A program made the translations under genes and the position numbers. A stretch of 64,000 bases of DNA from contig JAUCBJ010005264.1 in NCBI GenBank assembly GCA_032718475.1, positions 1-64,000 on the forward strand. The letters are read 5' to 3'. Shown here one piece after another: positions 1 through 12,646 of this stretch. The number at the start of each line of letters is the position of its first letter. Within the stretch, counting starts at the first letter, position 1. Below the pieces are notes generated by a model, which was not told where the DNA came from, searched no databases, and saw nothing but the letters and a program-made list of their open reading frames with translations. This DNA is from Nemertoderma westbladi (Eukaryota; Animalia; Xenacoelomorpha).

Positions 1-275
1 GAGGGTCTATGCAGCTACAGGTGGCACCTCCTTTATGCTGCATGGAGGTGGCAAGTATTCTTGATCAATGACCTAGAATACCTGACCTGACCTAATTGTT
101 CCACAAAGTTGTCTGGCAATAAATATCCTGTCATTATTTAGGAGCTTTTCAAATTTATATGTATACAGAACTAACAATTTAGGGCATCCTAAAATTAACA
201 ACCAGATACAGATATTAAAAATCAAGTTACAAAAACTACTTTCTCTAAAAAGATAAAGGATATTTATCCAAACAA

Positions 276-2194
276 ATGAATATAATCTCAACACCATTGA
301 CTAGAGTACATGCGACACTCGCAGATTGCCCCACACTTGAGAAGCTATCTGGAAGGGAGTTATGGTTGAAGTTTGATGTTATCGTCGAACTTAAGAAGAA
401 TTGGCGTCATATTGATGACCCTGAATGGGGAAATATACTTTCCGATGCTCGCCAAGGCGTTTGGTCTGCAGAAAGCATTGACTCTATCAATGAGAGATTC
501 GTTACCGATGCAGGTATGTTATTTGAACAACCGTTTTGTAGACTGGTAAAAAGCCTTGGCTGAGTTTTCTAATATTTATTATGAGAAACAGAAGGACAGA
601 CCACTAATTTTGTTGAAAATTACTTTATTATTTAATTGTTATTTTTTCGCTCTAATTTACCCCAAAAATTGGTAGAAATGCAAAAATACTACTTAATAAA
701 TTAAGCCACGAAAAAGAATCAGTTTTAGATTTCAATTATTAGGAATTAATAAAAGTTAAACACCATAAAAGTTGAACAATATTATTAATTATTCTCTCGA
801 TACTTTATTAACGTTTCTTTAGTTAATCTCGCTCGGTTAATAAATTACCTCGTCAATAGTTTATTTTCTCAGAGGTCCGTCCGTATGTGCCACCCCCCCC
901 CCCCCCCCCCCCCTCATTATTGGTCTCGGAGTTATGTATGTCTCGGGTGGGAAATTATTTTAATTAATTTTCTTCGATAAGAAAAAAAGTATAAGAAAAA
1001 AGCTATTTTTGCCTCTAATTTTAATTGACCGAAATTCAATTATTATCAGGGTCTGCACTGCACGTATTAACCCATATCATTTGTAATAATTATATAAAAT
1101 CAAATAATGGATTTACTAAAAAAATACTGCTGTCGTTGGATCTCGAACCCTAACTAATAGCAAATGGTCCTGCGCTCTGCCAAATAAGCTAGAATATGAT
1201 AACTTTGAGAAACAAAATGTCCTTATTGTTCTAGCGTATATATTAGCTATTTATTAATATGATATAAAAGTAATATTCTAGAAAAATAATACTTCTTATT
1301 TCGAAGTATTTCGCGCGAATCGTTTACATAATCGTTTACATGAATCAGTTACACTTCATCAAATTATGTATTTGTTAAATTCCAGATCATTTGAATGAGG
1401 TAATTGGATCATTCGCCCCCGTTGTTGTTTCTACCAATGCCTGCCGTGTAGCTATCAACAGTAAACTTGTTGGGGCTATGGGACTGGATATTGTTCGTAT
1501 TCAGGCAGTAATTACTGGCGGACTTCCAGGCATCATGAAATACATACGCGATGACCAATGTGATGGCCTTCCACCGTTGTTAGATATTTTCCTCGACATG
1601 CCAGTTATGGTCAGTTCTAACGTTGCGGTGGAACTTGGCGTAGCTAACGGAACTTTGGCGTTCGTCAGAGGAGTTCAGTTTCCCCATGGTACGACTTTTA
1701 CCGATGAACCGTATGCTCCCGGACATCTCAAGATGGTGAAGCGCGCATCCTGTCTACCTGACTTTGTTATTCTGGAACCCATGTTTACCAAGTGCCCTAT
1801 TTCATTTCCAAATATCCCTGATGGTTATTTCCCACTGTCACCCATCGTCATTAAGGGTATATCGATTAAACTTGGACAACACCTTCAATTCCGCATAACG
1901 AATATGCGTCAGATACCCATGTCCCCAGCGTATTCGTTAACTGTATACAAAGTCCAAGGTCTGACACTTATTGTCCTAATCATTGGGCAATGGAATGCGG
2001 AGCGCTTCAGTGGCTTTAACGGCCAAGGATCCTATGTGGGGTTCTCTAGAGTTCGCTTAAAGAAGGGACTGTAGTTACTATTCCCGATCGATGAAACCAT
2101 CCGGCGCCGGTGTAAGCCCACGGCCGAACAGTTGGCTGAAATAGATCGGATAAAATCCGTGGCCGGGCAGTTACCCAACGAGTTCCTGCTATAA
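276..2194 (+). pseudogene. Pif1-family (SF1B) helicase C-terminal half, Helitron/Helentron RepHel type; spliced, with a premature stop
   Basis: Motifs LKKNWRHIDDPEWGNILSDARQG, MPVMVSSNVAVELGVANGT, RQIPMSPAYSLTVYKVQGLTL and YVGFSRVR. A GT-AG intron at 514-1385 (GCAG|GTATGT ... TTCCAG|AT) joins the two ORFs in frame. TAG at 2072-2074 interrupts a frame that continues to TAA at 2192-2194. The 5' boundary is uncertain. Confidence 0.85.
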
Positions 2195-4639
2195 CGGGGA
2201 CCCAAAGGGGCTGTCTCCGTGGTTCTATTATGCGTTACCATGGAAACAAGCATACTGTCCGAAATCAAACTGGCTGCCGGATAATAGTAAGTCAGAAACT
2301 TCAACACGGGAATGGGAATTTCATGGGATTGGCTGTAGGGGAGTAGGGGAGGCCAAATCCTAATTATTATATTTATTTTAATTAATGTATTGTATTCTTA
2401 CGAATTGCGACATATTATTGTATATGGCATATATATTGCCACGTGTATATGGCCTAATATAATATGTGTCGTATTTGTAAGTTTTGATATTATTTTGGTG
2501 CATTTACTGTAGAACACTCCTTGTCGTGCCGGGGCGAGGCAGTGTATTATATCTCACTTTTATATGAATGAAACCATCCATTGCAAACTGATTACTAAGA
2601 ATTTTAGTACAATTTGAGAATTTAAAAACAAGAATATAACATATTCCTTTTTCGATACATTGTCAGTTTTTGGTTGGATTAGCTCTACACTTGAACTTAA
2701 CTTATTATTGGCTTCACCTAATTGAAGATACCGTATTTCTTTCCGAAATTTATACAGCAATTGTTATACACGACAGTAACATTAAATACAATCTATTCAC
2801 ATTAATTTGACAAGTTTTTAAAGCTGAATTACAGAATATTTATTTGGGGGTAATTCTATTACAGCTTCGTGTGAATAAAAACAACAAAGTTTTATATCGC
2901 GGCATTTGATAAAGTATGTCTGTTTATTTTGTTACCGGACAACAACATGTTTTCCCAGTCACCGTTTAAGAAAAACTAATTATAATTTAAATTGTAGTAT
3001 TTACAGAGACCGGTACCGGCAACTGCAGGCAATAAAATAACCAGAACTTTTGAAGGTTATGATTAATTTTCTAAAATTAAATGTAAATAATATTGAAATT
3101 TATAATTTTATGTGGATTTTCAATTTGTTATAATTTACAAAGATTGTCAGCAGAAATACAAGAGGGGTCTAAGATAATGTTGATCAAGTGTATGGCATCC
3201 AACCACCAACCAATTGTTTTCCAGAAATATTACCATTTCAGATAGTAATCTTTCATTTACATGTGGATACCTTCATTCATGTTAAGTGAGTTTGAAACGA
3301 TTCTGATTATTATAATTTATTATCGTTTCAATGTGTGTTTGGCGTACACGGGAATATCCAAGGGTAATGAAATTATAACAGCTCTGTTGGGAAAAGCCTT
3401 TACCTCACCGGCCATTGGCGACCCTTGTGTAGTACTGTGTGCCCTGATTTCACTGTGGCGGAGAGGTTGGTTACTCTAATCTGTAGCATGCAGGTTTTGC
3501 AGCGGAACCCTTTTTATAAATATTTTTTTAAGAGATTTAACACCACATAATATAGTGGTCAAAATTTTCCGTTGCATGACTTGTATTGTTATTGGTTGGC
3601 CTAAGCTTAATTTCGAACCACGCCTTTGGTTCGAGTTGTTAATGCTTTGCCCCGATTGTGATCGAAGAGAGTGTTGACCCGTGAACCCATGCTGGGTTCA
3701 CATGGGTTGTTGATGTTAACCCTAAAGCTCTGGCCTAAATTGACCCTTTAGGATACTTTCGCATCATCGTTCGATGCGGACCCAGTTCGATAGGTGGTGG
3801 GGAGGTGAGGCCTATTGAATTGGCTCCTATTGGTCGATTGGGCCACCTTCGGTCTCTCACAGTGAACAAAGCCACTCAGCTTTCAAAACTTGAGTACGGC
3901 TATTTATCCCTGTATATTGTGCATAATTAATTGTGTGTATTTATTTTTATATGATAATAATAATAATATTGGTTTGTGCGTGTAATAATTATTTGTGTAT
4001 ATTATTATGATATTATTTTACTGGATTACTGGACCTCTATTTTAATAAATCCGGCGATAAATTGCGGTTAATTGAATTATATTGCAATTAATGCAATTGT
4101 AGATGATTTGTACATTAATTATGTGGATCCAAGCAAGGGCAGTAGTGGAGTGGGGCGAACCACGAAGTTATCAAGCTTAGATAAGAGATGCACTATTGAA
4201 ACCTTGTTTCTGACTGTCAGTCTCAGCTCACCTTAAGCCCCTGGTATCGAGAAATATATACATATACTAAATGTCCCATAGACGCCATGATAAAATAGCA
4301 GCTGGTATTCATGAAAATTTCCCCCCACCCCCTCCCTGTCTCATGAACATATATCTGTCTACTATAATAATACATCAATTGGAATTATCAATCCCCCTTA
4401 TTTAAAAAATAAAAAATTTTATAATCGTACACTAGCTACCATAGATATTAATTTTACTCGCGATATTTTCGATATTTTTCATCTTGCGATATTTTTACTC
4501 TCGATATTTTTACTCGCGATATTTTTCAAGTCTAAATATTGTTCACCAATACTAACAACACCGACATATACTAAGCTATAACAATGAAATACAGTGCTAT
4601 ACCGACCTATGCAATACAGAGTTATCCCGAACTACACAT

Positions 4640-4992
4640 TAATTTAGATCCTAGATCCAAACTTAGATCCTGGAAGCGAGCATCCTAGATACGATCTTAG
4701 ATCCGAAAGCAACGTGAACATAGATCCTAGATGTGAACATAGATCCTGGAAGGGAACTTAGATCCTAGATATGAACTTAGATCTTGGAAGCGAACTTAGA
4801 TCCTAGATGTGAACTCAGATCCTGGAAGGGAACTTAGATACTAGATATGAACTTAGATCTTGGAAGCAACACGATCTCTGATACTACTGTAGATGTGAAC
4901 ATAGATCCTATACACGAACTTAAATCGTAGATGCGAACTTAGATCCTGGAAACGAACTTAGATCCTAAGCACGAACTTAGATCCTGGAAACG
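4640..4992. repeat. Degenerate ~19-21 bp tandem repeat (GAACTTAGATCCTAGATGT / GAACTTAGATCCTGGAAGC)
   Basis: Repeated gaacttagatcc core visible directly. Confidence 0.85.
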
Positions 4993-5052
4993 ACGTACTG
5001 AATCATATTGATCGAGCCGAATAGAACTGATCAAGCCGAGTCGAGCTGACAG

Positions 5053-5300
5053 TTAACTTTGAAAGTCCTCAGCAAGTCTCTGATCGGATGAGCATAATCT
5101 CAAAGGATGGTATGCTGGAGTATGTGGACGACTTCTGTTACCTGGGATCATGGATCCTGAAGTCAGGTGAGGACCTTCGAATACGTAAGGGAAAGGCATG
5201 GGCAGCCTTGAATAGGCTTTCCAGGATTTAGAAGTCACAGAGAATTAATCGGAAACTTAAGGTCCGATTATTTAGAGCAGCAGTAGTTCCAGTAGTACTA
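5053..5300 (+). mobile_element. RTE-type LINE reverse transcriptase fragment
   Basis: Manual translation from 5106: DGMLEYVDDFCYLGSWILKSGEDLRIRKGKAWAALNRLSRI*KSQRINRKLKVRLFRAAVVPVVL (RT YLGS region plus thumb, one stop). Confidence 0.8.
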
Positions 5301-5736
5301 GTAGTAGTACTACTAGTAGTAGAGCCCAATCAAGCCGGACTGAGCCCAATCGAGCCAGACTGAGCCGAATAGCCCAATGAGTCGAGTCGAGTCCAATCAA
5401 GCCTTGTCGAGCCCAATTGAGCCGGACCGAGCCGAGTTGAGCCCAATCGATCAGAGTCGCGCCCAATCGAGCCGAGTCAAGCCAAGTCGAGCAGATTCAG
5501 CCGAGTCGAGCCCAATTGAGCCAGACCGAGCCGATTCAAGCCGAATCGAGCCGATTTAACCGAATCGAGTCGGACCGAGCCGAGTCGATCCCAATCGAGT
5601 CGAGCCATGGCCTACTTAAATATTATATTTAAGTAGGCCATGGTCGAGCCCAATCGAGCCGAACCGAGCCAATCGTTGTCTCTTTTATTTGAAATAAAAA
5701 GTCGGTTCCTTATCGGGCCGCTAGGCCCGTCACTAG

Positions 5737-8700
5737 TTAGGAACCGAGAGGTTCATTACTGTAAGAATTGTTAGCTGACTGACTGGCTGACTGGCTGACT
5801 GACTGGCTGATCTACAGCCAAAACTGCTCTAACGATTTTGATGAAATTTTCACAGCATCTAGATACCGCGATTCTAAGGTCCCTGGCATGATCGGCTACT
5901 CCGTCCATAGCCTCTGGGCTCGAAAAATAGACATAAACGAAAAAACGCCATAGGCGCAATGGTGAAATAACACCAATGACAGCTGGTGTCCTGCTGAAAA
6001 ATGGCTTATGTAATGGATTTCTACACAAGGCTTAGTATAAATCGATGAGGTTGCCAAGATTATTGTACTCAGTACACCCATACTGTTTGTTTAGGCCCTA
6101 GGATACTCTGTCAAAGCAAATATTAACTGGTTGGTTTAGTTAGAAATCTATTATCGCCTCAGCTGAATTACTCTTCCCAATGCAATCTATGGAAATATCT
6201 CACTCTGCTAATGTAAGCTGAATGACTGTTACGTACACAGTGAGTTGGCTACATTAATGCCAACATTATTGCAAAATGTTTTATTGTTGGATTACTCTCT
6301 GTCAGTCACCCCTTCAGAACATTGTATAGGGAATTTACTTTAGTTTACTCTACTGTGCCATTCAGCTGAATGGATTTGAGCGATTGCCAAGTTACAGAGT
6401 TGGATCATTCTCTGACCATAGGCAAAGACATCAAATCTTTTTAAAAATATACTTTTTCCATGTTTTTTTTCTGACCAAAAATTTCAAAAAAAAATTTTTC
6501 GTAGCCAGTACTGCCAATCGATTCGCCATCAAAAATAACGCAAAAATTTTTTTTTGCAAAATTTTAAATTACTGTAAATTTTTGGCGACTGGGGGGGGTC
6601 AATTTTTTTCGATCCACTATAACTCCGGAACGCTTTGTCCAAATTCGATGGGGTTTTCATTTTTCAACTTAATTCGATGTCCTCTTTCAGCCTATCCATG
6701 TTTCCAAACCCCAAACAGCGCCGTTCAAAATTTAATTTTTTCTAGTTCTAGAATTTTACAAATTTCAAAAAAGTTGCAGTATTTTATTAACGCCTTTACG
6801 GAATTCGATAGCGTTTTCGATTTTTATATTAAACGCAATATCCTGAATCTCACTAGACTAGTTTCGCGTCACCAACGCCAAGACTTCATACTTTTTGAGG
6901 AAAATTTTTCTAGAATAATTTTTATTAAATTACATTTATCGCGATTTCTTATTACTGGTTGCACATGAATTGATGAAGTTTTCAATTTATTAACTAAACA
7001 CGATATCGCGTATCGCACCAGCGTGGTTTCGAAATTCCAAAACGAGGTCTTCACTAGTTGCAGGTCGATTTTGTTCTAGAATTGAGCAACTAATAATAGA
7101 TCGAATTTATTAATAATTATTGTATGAAATATGATTGTATTTTTATATAATTATTAGTTCTATACTAATTCTCGTTGTCTCTTATTAAAAATAAAAAGTC
7201 GGTTCCTTATCGGGCCGCTAGGCCCGTCACTAGTTAGGAACCGAGAGGTTCATTACTGTAAGAATTGCTCGTGGCTGACTGGCTGAAAGGCCAAAACTAC
7301 TCTAACGATTTTGATGAAATTTTCACAGCGGCTGGCTGACCGGATTCTAAGGTCCCTGGTATGTTCCGCTATTTCGTCCATGAGCCGTGGGCTCGAAAAA
7401 TAGACATAAACGAAAAAACGCCATAGGCGCAATGATAAAAACACCAGCTGGCTCTCATGAAAAATGGATAGAGATAGCCTAGTAATGCTATTCTTTAGGA
7501 ATGGCCACCTAACAAAGAAATGCTTTCTCTGCCAAGTATTATCCTCACTCTACAACTCAGACAGTAAGCAAACAAAAGCCGTGCATTCTAATGTATTACA
7601 TCATAAGCTGATTGCTCTCCCAATAGCCCTCACACACTCACTGAATCGAATGAAATCGAATATCTATTAGCTTAAATGCGAATAGCTGGTAAGCTGAATG
7701 CCATTTTAGTTATTGTGTACTGTTGACTGCAGAGTTGACTGCTATGTTGTATGTATTTAATTAAAATAATTTTCGTAGAGGGAAGTTAATTTGGGATTAC
7801 TTTCTATCAGATGTAAGCAAAGCTGTTCAATGGGGTGGGTCATGGGACCCAAATATAGTACATTATGCATGGCAAACATTAATAAAATCATTCAGTCAAC
7901 CTGGAGGGTATTTGCTTAGTTAACTCTACTGTGCGAAAAACGAATTTATAATGTTACCCATACTTCAGGTGAATGAATTTTTAGATATTTGTACTGAAGG
8001 CAACGATTTCTGATATAATTAAAATACAAGACAGGGGCTTGTTTCGATATATGTAGTTGCGCCCTTCTAGCAGCACGTGAGATGATCAAATAATAGACAC
8101 AATGTTTGACTTTGTCCCTTCGAGCAGCACGTGAGTTTTGCTTTGACCCTTCGATATATGTATTTGCGCCCTTCGAGCAGCACGTGAATTACATCAAATA
8201 ATAGACACATTGTTTGACTTTGTCCCTTCGAGCAGCACGTGAGTTTTGCTTTGACCCTTCGATATATGTATTTGCGCCCTTCGAGCAGCACGGGGAGTCG
8301 ACTCAGACCGAGCCAAGCCGAGCCGAGCCGAGCCGAGCCGAGCCGAGCCGAGCCGAGCCGAGCCGAGCCGAGCCGAGCCGAGCCGAGCCGAGCCGAGCCG
8401 AGCCGAGCCGAGCCGAGCCGAGCCGAGCCGAGCCGAGCCGAGCCGAGCCGAGCCGAGCCGAGCCGAGCCGAGCCGAGCCGAGCCGAGCCGAGCCGAGCCG
8501 AGCCGAGCCGAGCCGAGCCGAGCCGAGCCGAGCCGAGCCGAGCCGAGCCGAGCCGAGCCGAGCCGAGCCGAGCCGAGCCGAGCCGAGCCGAGCCGAGCCG
8601 AGCCGAGCCGAGCCGAGCCGAGCCGAGCCGAGCCGAGCCGAGCCGAGCCGAGCCGAGCCGAGCCGAGCCGAGCCGAGCCGAGCCGAGCCGAGCCGAGCCG

Positions 8701-11700
8701 AGCCGAGCCGAGCCGAGCCGAGCCGAGCCGAGCCGAGCCGAGCCGAGCCGAGCCGAGCCGAGCCGAGCCGAGCCGAGCCGAGCCGAGCCGAGCCGAGCCG
8801 AGCCGAGCCGAGCCGAGCTGAGCCGAGCCTAATCGAGCCGAGCCGAGCCGAGCCGAGCCGAGCCGAGCCGAGCCGAGCTGAGCCGAGCCGAGCCGAGCCG
8901 AGCCGAGCCGAGCCGAGCCGAGCCGAGCCGAGCCGAGCCGAGCCGAGCCGAGCCGAGCCGAGCCGAGCCGAGCCGAGCCGAGCCGAGCCGAGCCGAGCCG
9001 AGCCGAGCCGAGCCGAAGCCGAGCCGAGCCGAGCCGAGCCGAGCCGAGCCGAGCCGAGCCTAATCGAGCCGAGCCGAGCCGAGCCGAGCCGAGCCGAGCC
9101 GAGCCGAGCCGAGCCGAGCCGAGCCGTGCCGAGCCGAGCCGAGCCGAGCCGGGCCGTGCCGAGCCGAGCCGAGCCGAGCCGAGCCGAGCCGTGCCGAGCC
9201 GAGCCGAGCCGAGCCGAGCCGAGCCGAGCCGAGCCGAGCCGAGCCGAGCCAAGCCGGCCGAGCCGAGCCGGCCAACCGAGCCGAGCCGAGCCGAGCCGAG
9301 CCGAGCCGAGCCGAGCCGAGCCGAGCCGAACCGAGCCGAGCCGAGCCGAGCCGAGCCGGCCGAGCCGAGCCGTGCCGAGCCATGCCGTGCCGAGCCGAGC
9401 CGAGCCGAGCCGAGCCGAGCCGAGCCGAGCCGAGCCGAGCCGAGCCGAGCCGAGCCGAGCCGAGCCGAGCCGAGCCGAGCCGAGCCAAGCCGAACCGAGC
9501 CGAACCGAGCCGAGCCGAGCCGAGCCGAGCCGAACCGAACCGAGCCGAGCCGAGCCAAACCGAGCCGAGCCGAACCGAGCCGAGCCGAGCCGAGCCGAGC
9601 CGAGCCGAGCCGAGCCGAGCCGAGCCGAGCCGAGCCGATCAAGCCAAGTCGAACTTAATCGTGCCCAATCGTGCAAGACCGAGCCGAGCTCGTTGTCTCT
9701 TTTATTTGAAATAAAAAGTCGGTTCCTTATCGGGCCGCTAGGCCCGTCACTAGTTAGGAACCGAGAGGTTCATTACTGTAAGAATTGTTGGCTGATTGAT
9801 TGACTGGCTGACTGATCTACAGCCAAAACTACTCTAACGATTTTGATGAAATTTTCACAGCATCTAGATACCGCGATTCTAAGGTCCCTGGTATGTTCCG
9901 CTATTTCGTCCATGAGCCGTGGGCTCGAAAAATAGACATAAACGAAAAAACGCCATAGGCGCAATGATAAAAACACCAGCTGGCACTCATGAAAAATGGA
10001 TAGAGATAGCCTAGTAATGCTATTCTATAGGAATGGCCACCTAACAAGGAAATGGTTTCTCTGCCAGTATTATCCTCACTCTACAACTCAGACAGTAAGC
10101 AAACAAAAGCCGTGGGATTCTAATGTATTAAATCATAAGCTGATTGCTCTCCCAATAGCCCTCACACACTCACTGAATCCAATGAAATCGAATATCTATT
10201 AGCTTAATGCGAATAGCTGGTAAGCTGAATGCCATTTTAGTTATTGTGTAGGCCTACTACTGTTGACTGTGGAGTAGACTGCTATGTTGCATGTATTTAA
10301 TTAAAATAATTTTCGTAGAGGGAAGTTAATTTGGGATTACTCTCTATCAGATGTAAGCAAAGTTGTTCAATGGGGTGGGTCATGGAACCCAAATATAGTA
10401 CATTATGCATGGCAAACATTAATAAAATCATTCAGTCAACCTGACGGGTATTTGCTTTACTTAACTACTGTGTGAAAAGCGAATTTATAATGTTACCCAT
10501 ACTTCAGGTAAATGAATTTTTAGATATTTTGTACTGAAGGCAAGGATTTCTGATATAATTAAAATACAAATTGATTTATTTTTATTTTATATCTATTTTA
10601 TTGATAAAATAATAATATGATTTTACCGAATTTCATTTACCCCGTGTATATTATTATATTATTATTAAAATACAAGACAGGGGCTTGTTTCGATATATGT
10701 AGTTGCGCCCTTCGAGCAGCACGTGAGTTAATCAAATATTAGACACAATGTTTGACTTTGTCCCTTCTAGCAGCACGTGAGTTTTGCTTTGACCCTTGAT
10801 ATATGATGTTGTGCCCTTCGAGCAGCACGTGAGTTACATCAAATAATAGACACACTGTTTGACTTTGTCCCTTCGAGCAGCACGTGAGTTTGGCTTTGAC
10901 CCTTCCAGCAGCGTGTGTCAATCGAGCCGAATCATACTGATCCAGCCGAATAGAACCAATCGAGGCGATCAAGCCGAGTCGAGCCCAATTGAGCCGAGTC
11001 AAGCCGAACGGAGCCGAGTTGAGCCCAATCAAGCTTCGTCGAGCCAGACTGAGGCGAGGCAAGCCCAATCGAGTCGAGTCGAGTCGAGCCCAATAGAGCC
11101 GAGTCGAGCCCAATCAATCCTAGTCGAGCCTAATTGAGCCGGACCGAGCCAAGTCGAGCCCAATCGATCCAGACTGAGCCAAGTTGAGACAAATCGAGCC
11201 AAGTCAAGCCCAATCAATCCCAATCGAGCCGAGTCGAGCGGATTGAGCCCAATTGAGCCAAGTCGAGCCAGACCGAGCCGAGTCGAACCCAATCGAGCCG
11301 ATTTAGCCGAATCGAGCTGAGTCGAATTTCGATTCGAGAGGTTCATTACTGTAAGAATTGTTAGCTGACTGGCTGACTGACTGGCTGGCTGACTGATCTA
11401 CAGCCAAAACTACTCTAACGATTTTGATGAAATTTTCACAGCGGCTAGATACCGCGATTCTAAGGTCCCTGGTATGTTCCGCTATTTCGTCCATGAGCCG
11501 TGGGCTCGAAAAATGGACATAAACGAAAAAACGCCATAGGCGCAATGGTAAAATAACACCAATGACAGCTGGTGTCCTGATGAAAAATGGCTTATGTAAT
11601 GCATTTCTACAGAAGGCTTAGTAATAAATCGATGAGGTTGCCAAGATTATTATACTCAGTACACCCATACTGTTTGTATAGGCCACCACTCTCTGTCAAA

Positions 11701-12646
11701 GCAAACATTAACGGGTTGGTTTAGTTTGAAATCTAATATCGCCTCAGCTGAATTACTCTTCCCAATGCAACCTATGGGAATATCTCACTCTGCTAATGTA
11801 AGCTGAATGACTGTTACGTACACAGTGAGTTGGCTACATTAATGCCAACATTATTGCAAAATGTTTTATTGTTGGATTACTCTCTGTCAGTCTCCCCTTC
11901 AGAACATTGTATAGGGAATTTACTTTAGTTTACTCTACTGTGCCATTCAGCTGAATGGATTTGAGCGATTGCCAAGTTACAGAGTTGGATCATTCTCTGA
12001 CCATAGGCAAAGACATCAAATCTTTTTAAAAATATACTTTTTCCATGTTTTTTTTTCTGACCAAAAATTTCAAAAAAAAATTTTTCGTAGCCAGTACTGC
12101 CAATCGATTCGCCATCAAAAATAACGCAAAAAATTTTTTTTGCAAAATTTTAAATTACTGTAAATTTTTGGCGACTGGGGGGGGGGGGTCAATTTTTTTC
12201 GATCCGCTATAACTCCGGAACGCTTTGTCCAAATTCGATGGGGTTTTCCTTTTTCAACTTAATTCGATGTCCTCTTTCAGCCTATCCATGTTTCCAAACC
12301 CCAAACAGCGCCGTTCAAAAATTAATTTTTTCCAGTTCTAGAATTTTACAAATTTCAAAAAAGTTGCAGTATTTTATTAACGCCTTTACGGAATTCGATA
12401 GCGTTTTCGATTTTTATATTAAAGGCAATATCCTGAATCTCACTAGCCTAGTTTCGTGTCACCGATGCCAAGACTTCATACTTTTGAGGAAAATTTTTCT
12501 AGAATAATTTTTATTTAATTACATTTATCGCGATTTCTTATTAATGGTTGCACATGAATTGATGGAGTTTTCAATTTATTAACTAAACACGATATCGCGC
12601 ATCGCACCAGCGTGGTTTCGAAATTCCAAAACGAGGTCTTCACTAT
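5737..12646 (+). mobile_element. Tandem array of four non-autonomous Helentron/DINE-1-like (HINE) units: A 5737-7233, B 7234-9753, B' 9754-11334, A' 11335-12646
   Basis: Identical junction CGGTTCCTTAT-CGGGCC gcta GGCCCG-TCACTAG|TTAGGAACCGAGAGGTTC at 5703-5754, 7200-7251 and 9720-9771. It reads as 3' subTIR + hairpin + CTAG, then 5' subTIR/IR. Each unit continues with a (TGAC/TGGC)n microsatellite and an AACGATTTTGATGAAATTTT core. A matches A' and B matches B' over more than 1 kb. Confidence 0.85.
8305..9690. repeat. (GAGCC)n pentanucleotide microsatellite inside HINE unit B
   Basis: Near-perfect GAGCC run of ~1.4 kb. Degenerate equivalents lie at 5320-5670 and 10920-11330. Confidence 0.98.

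Noticed and set aside
8305-9690. Resemblance of GAGCC pentamers to immunoglobulin switch repeats
   Set aside because: No immunoglobulin exons nearby, and the tract is an internal part of a Helentron-like unit.
8194-9803. Long ORFs of AEPSR / LGSAR repeats
   Set aside because: Translations of the (GAGCC)n microsatellite, which is stop-free in most frames. No gene evidence.
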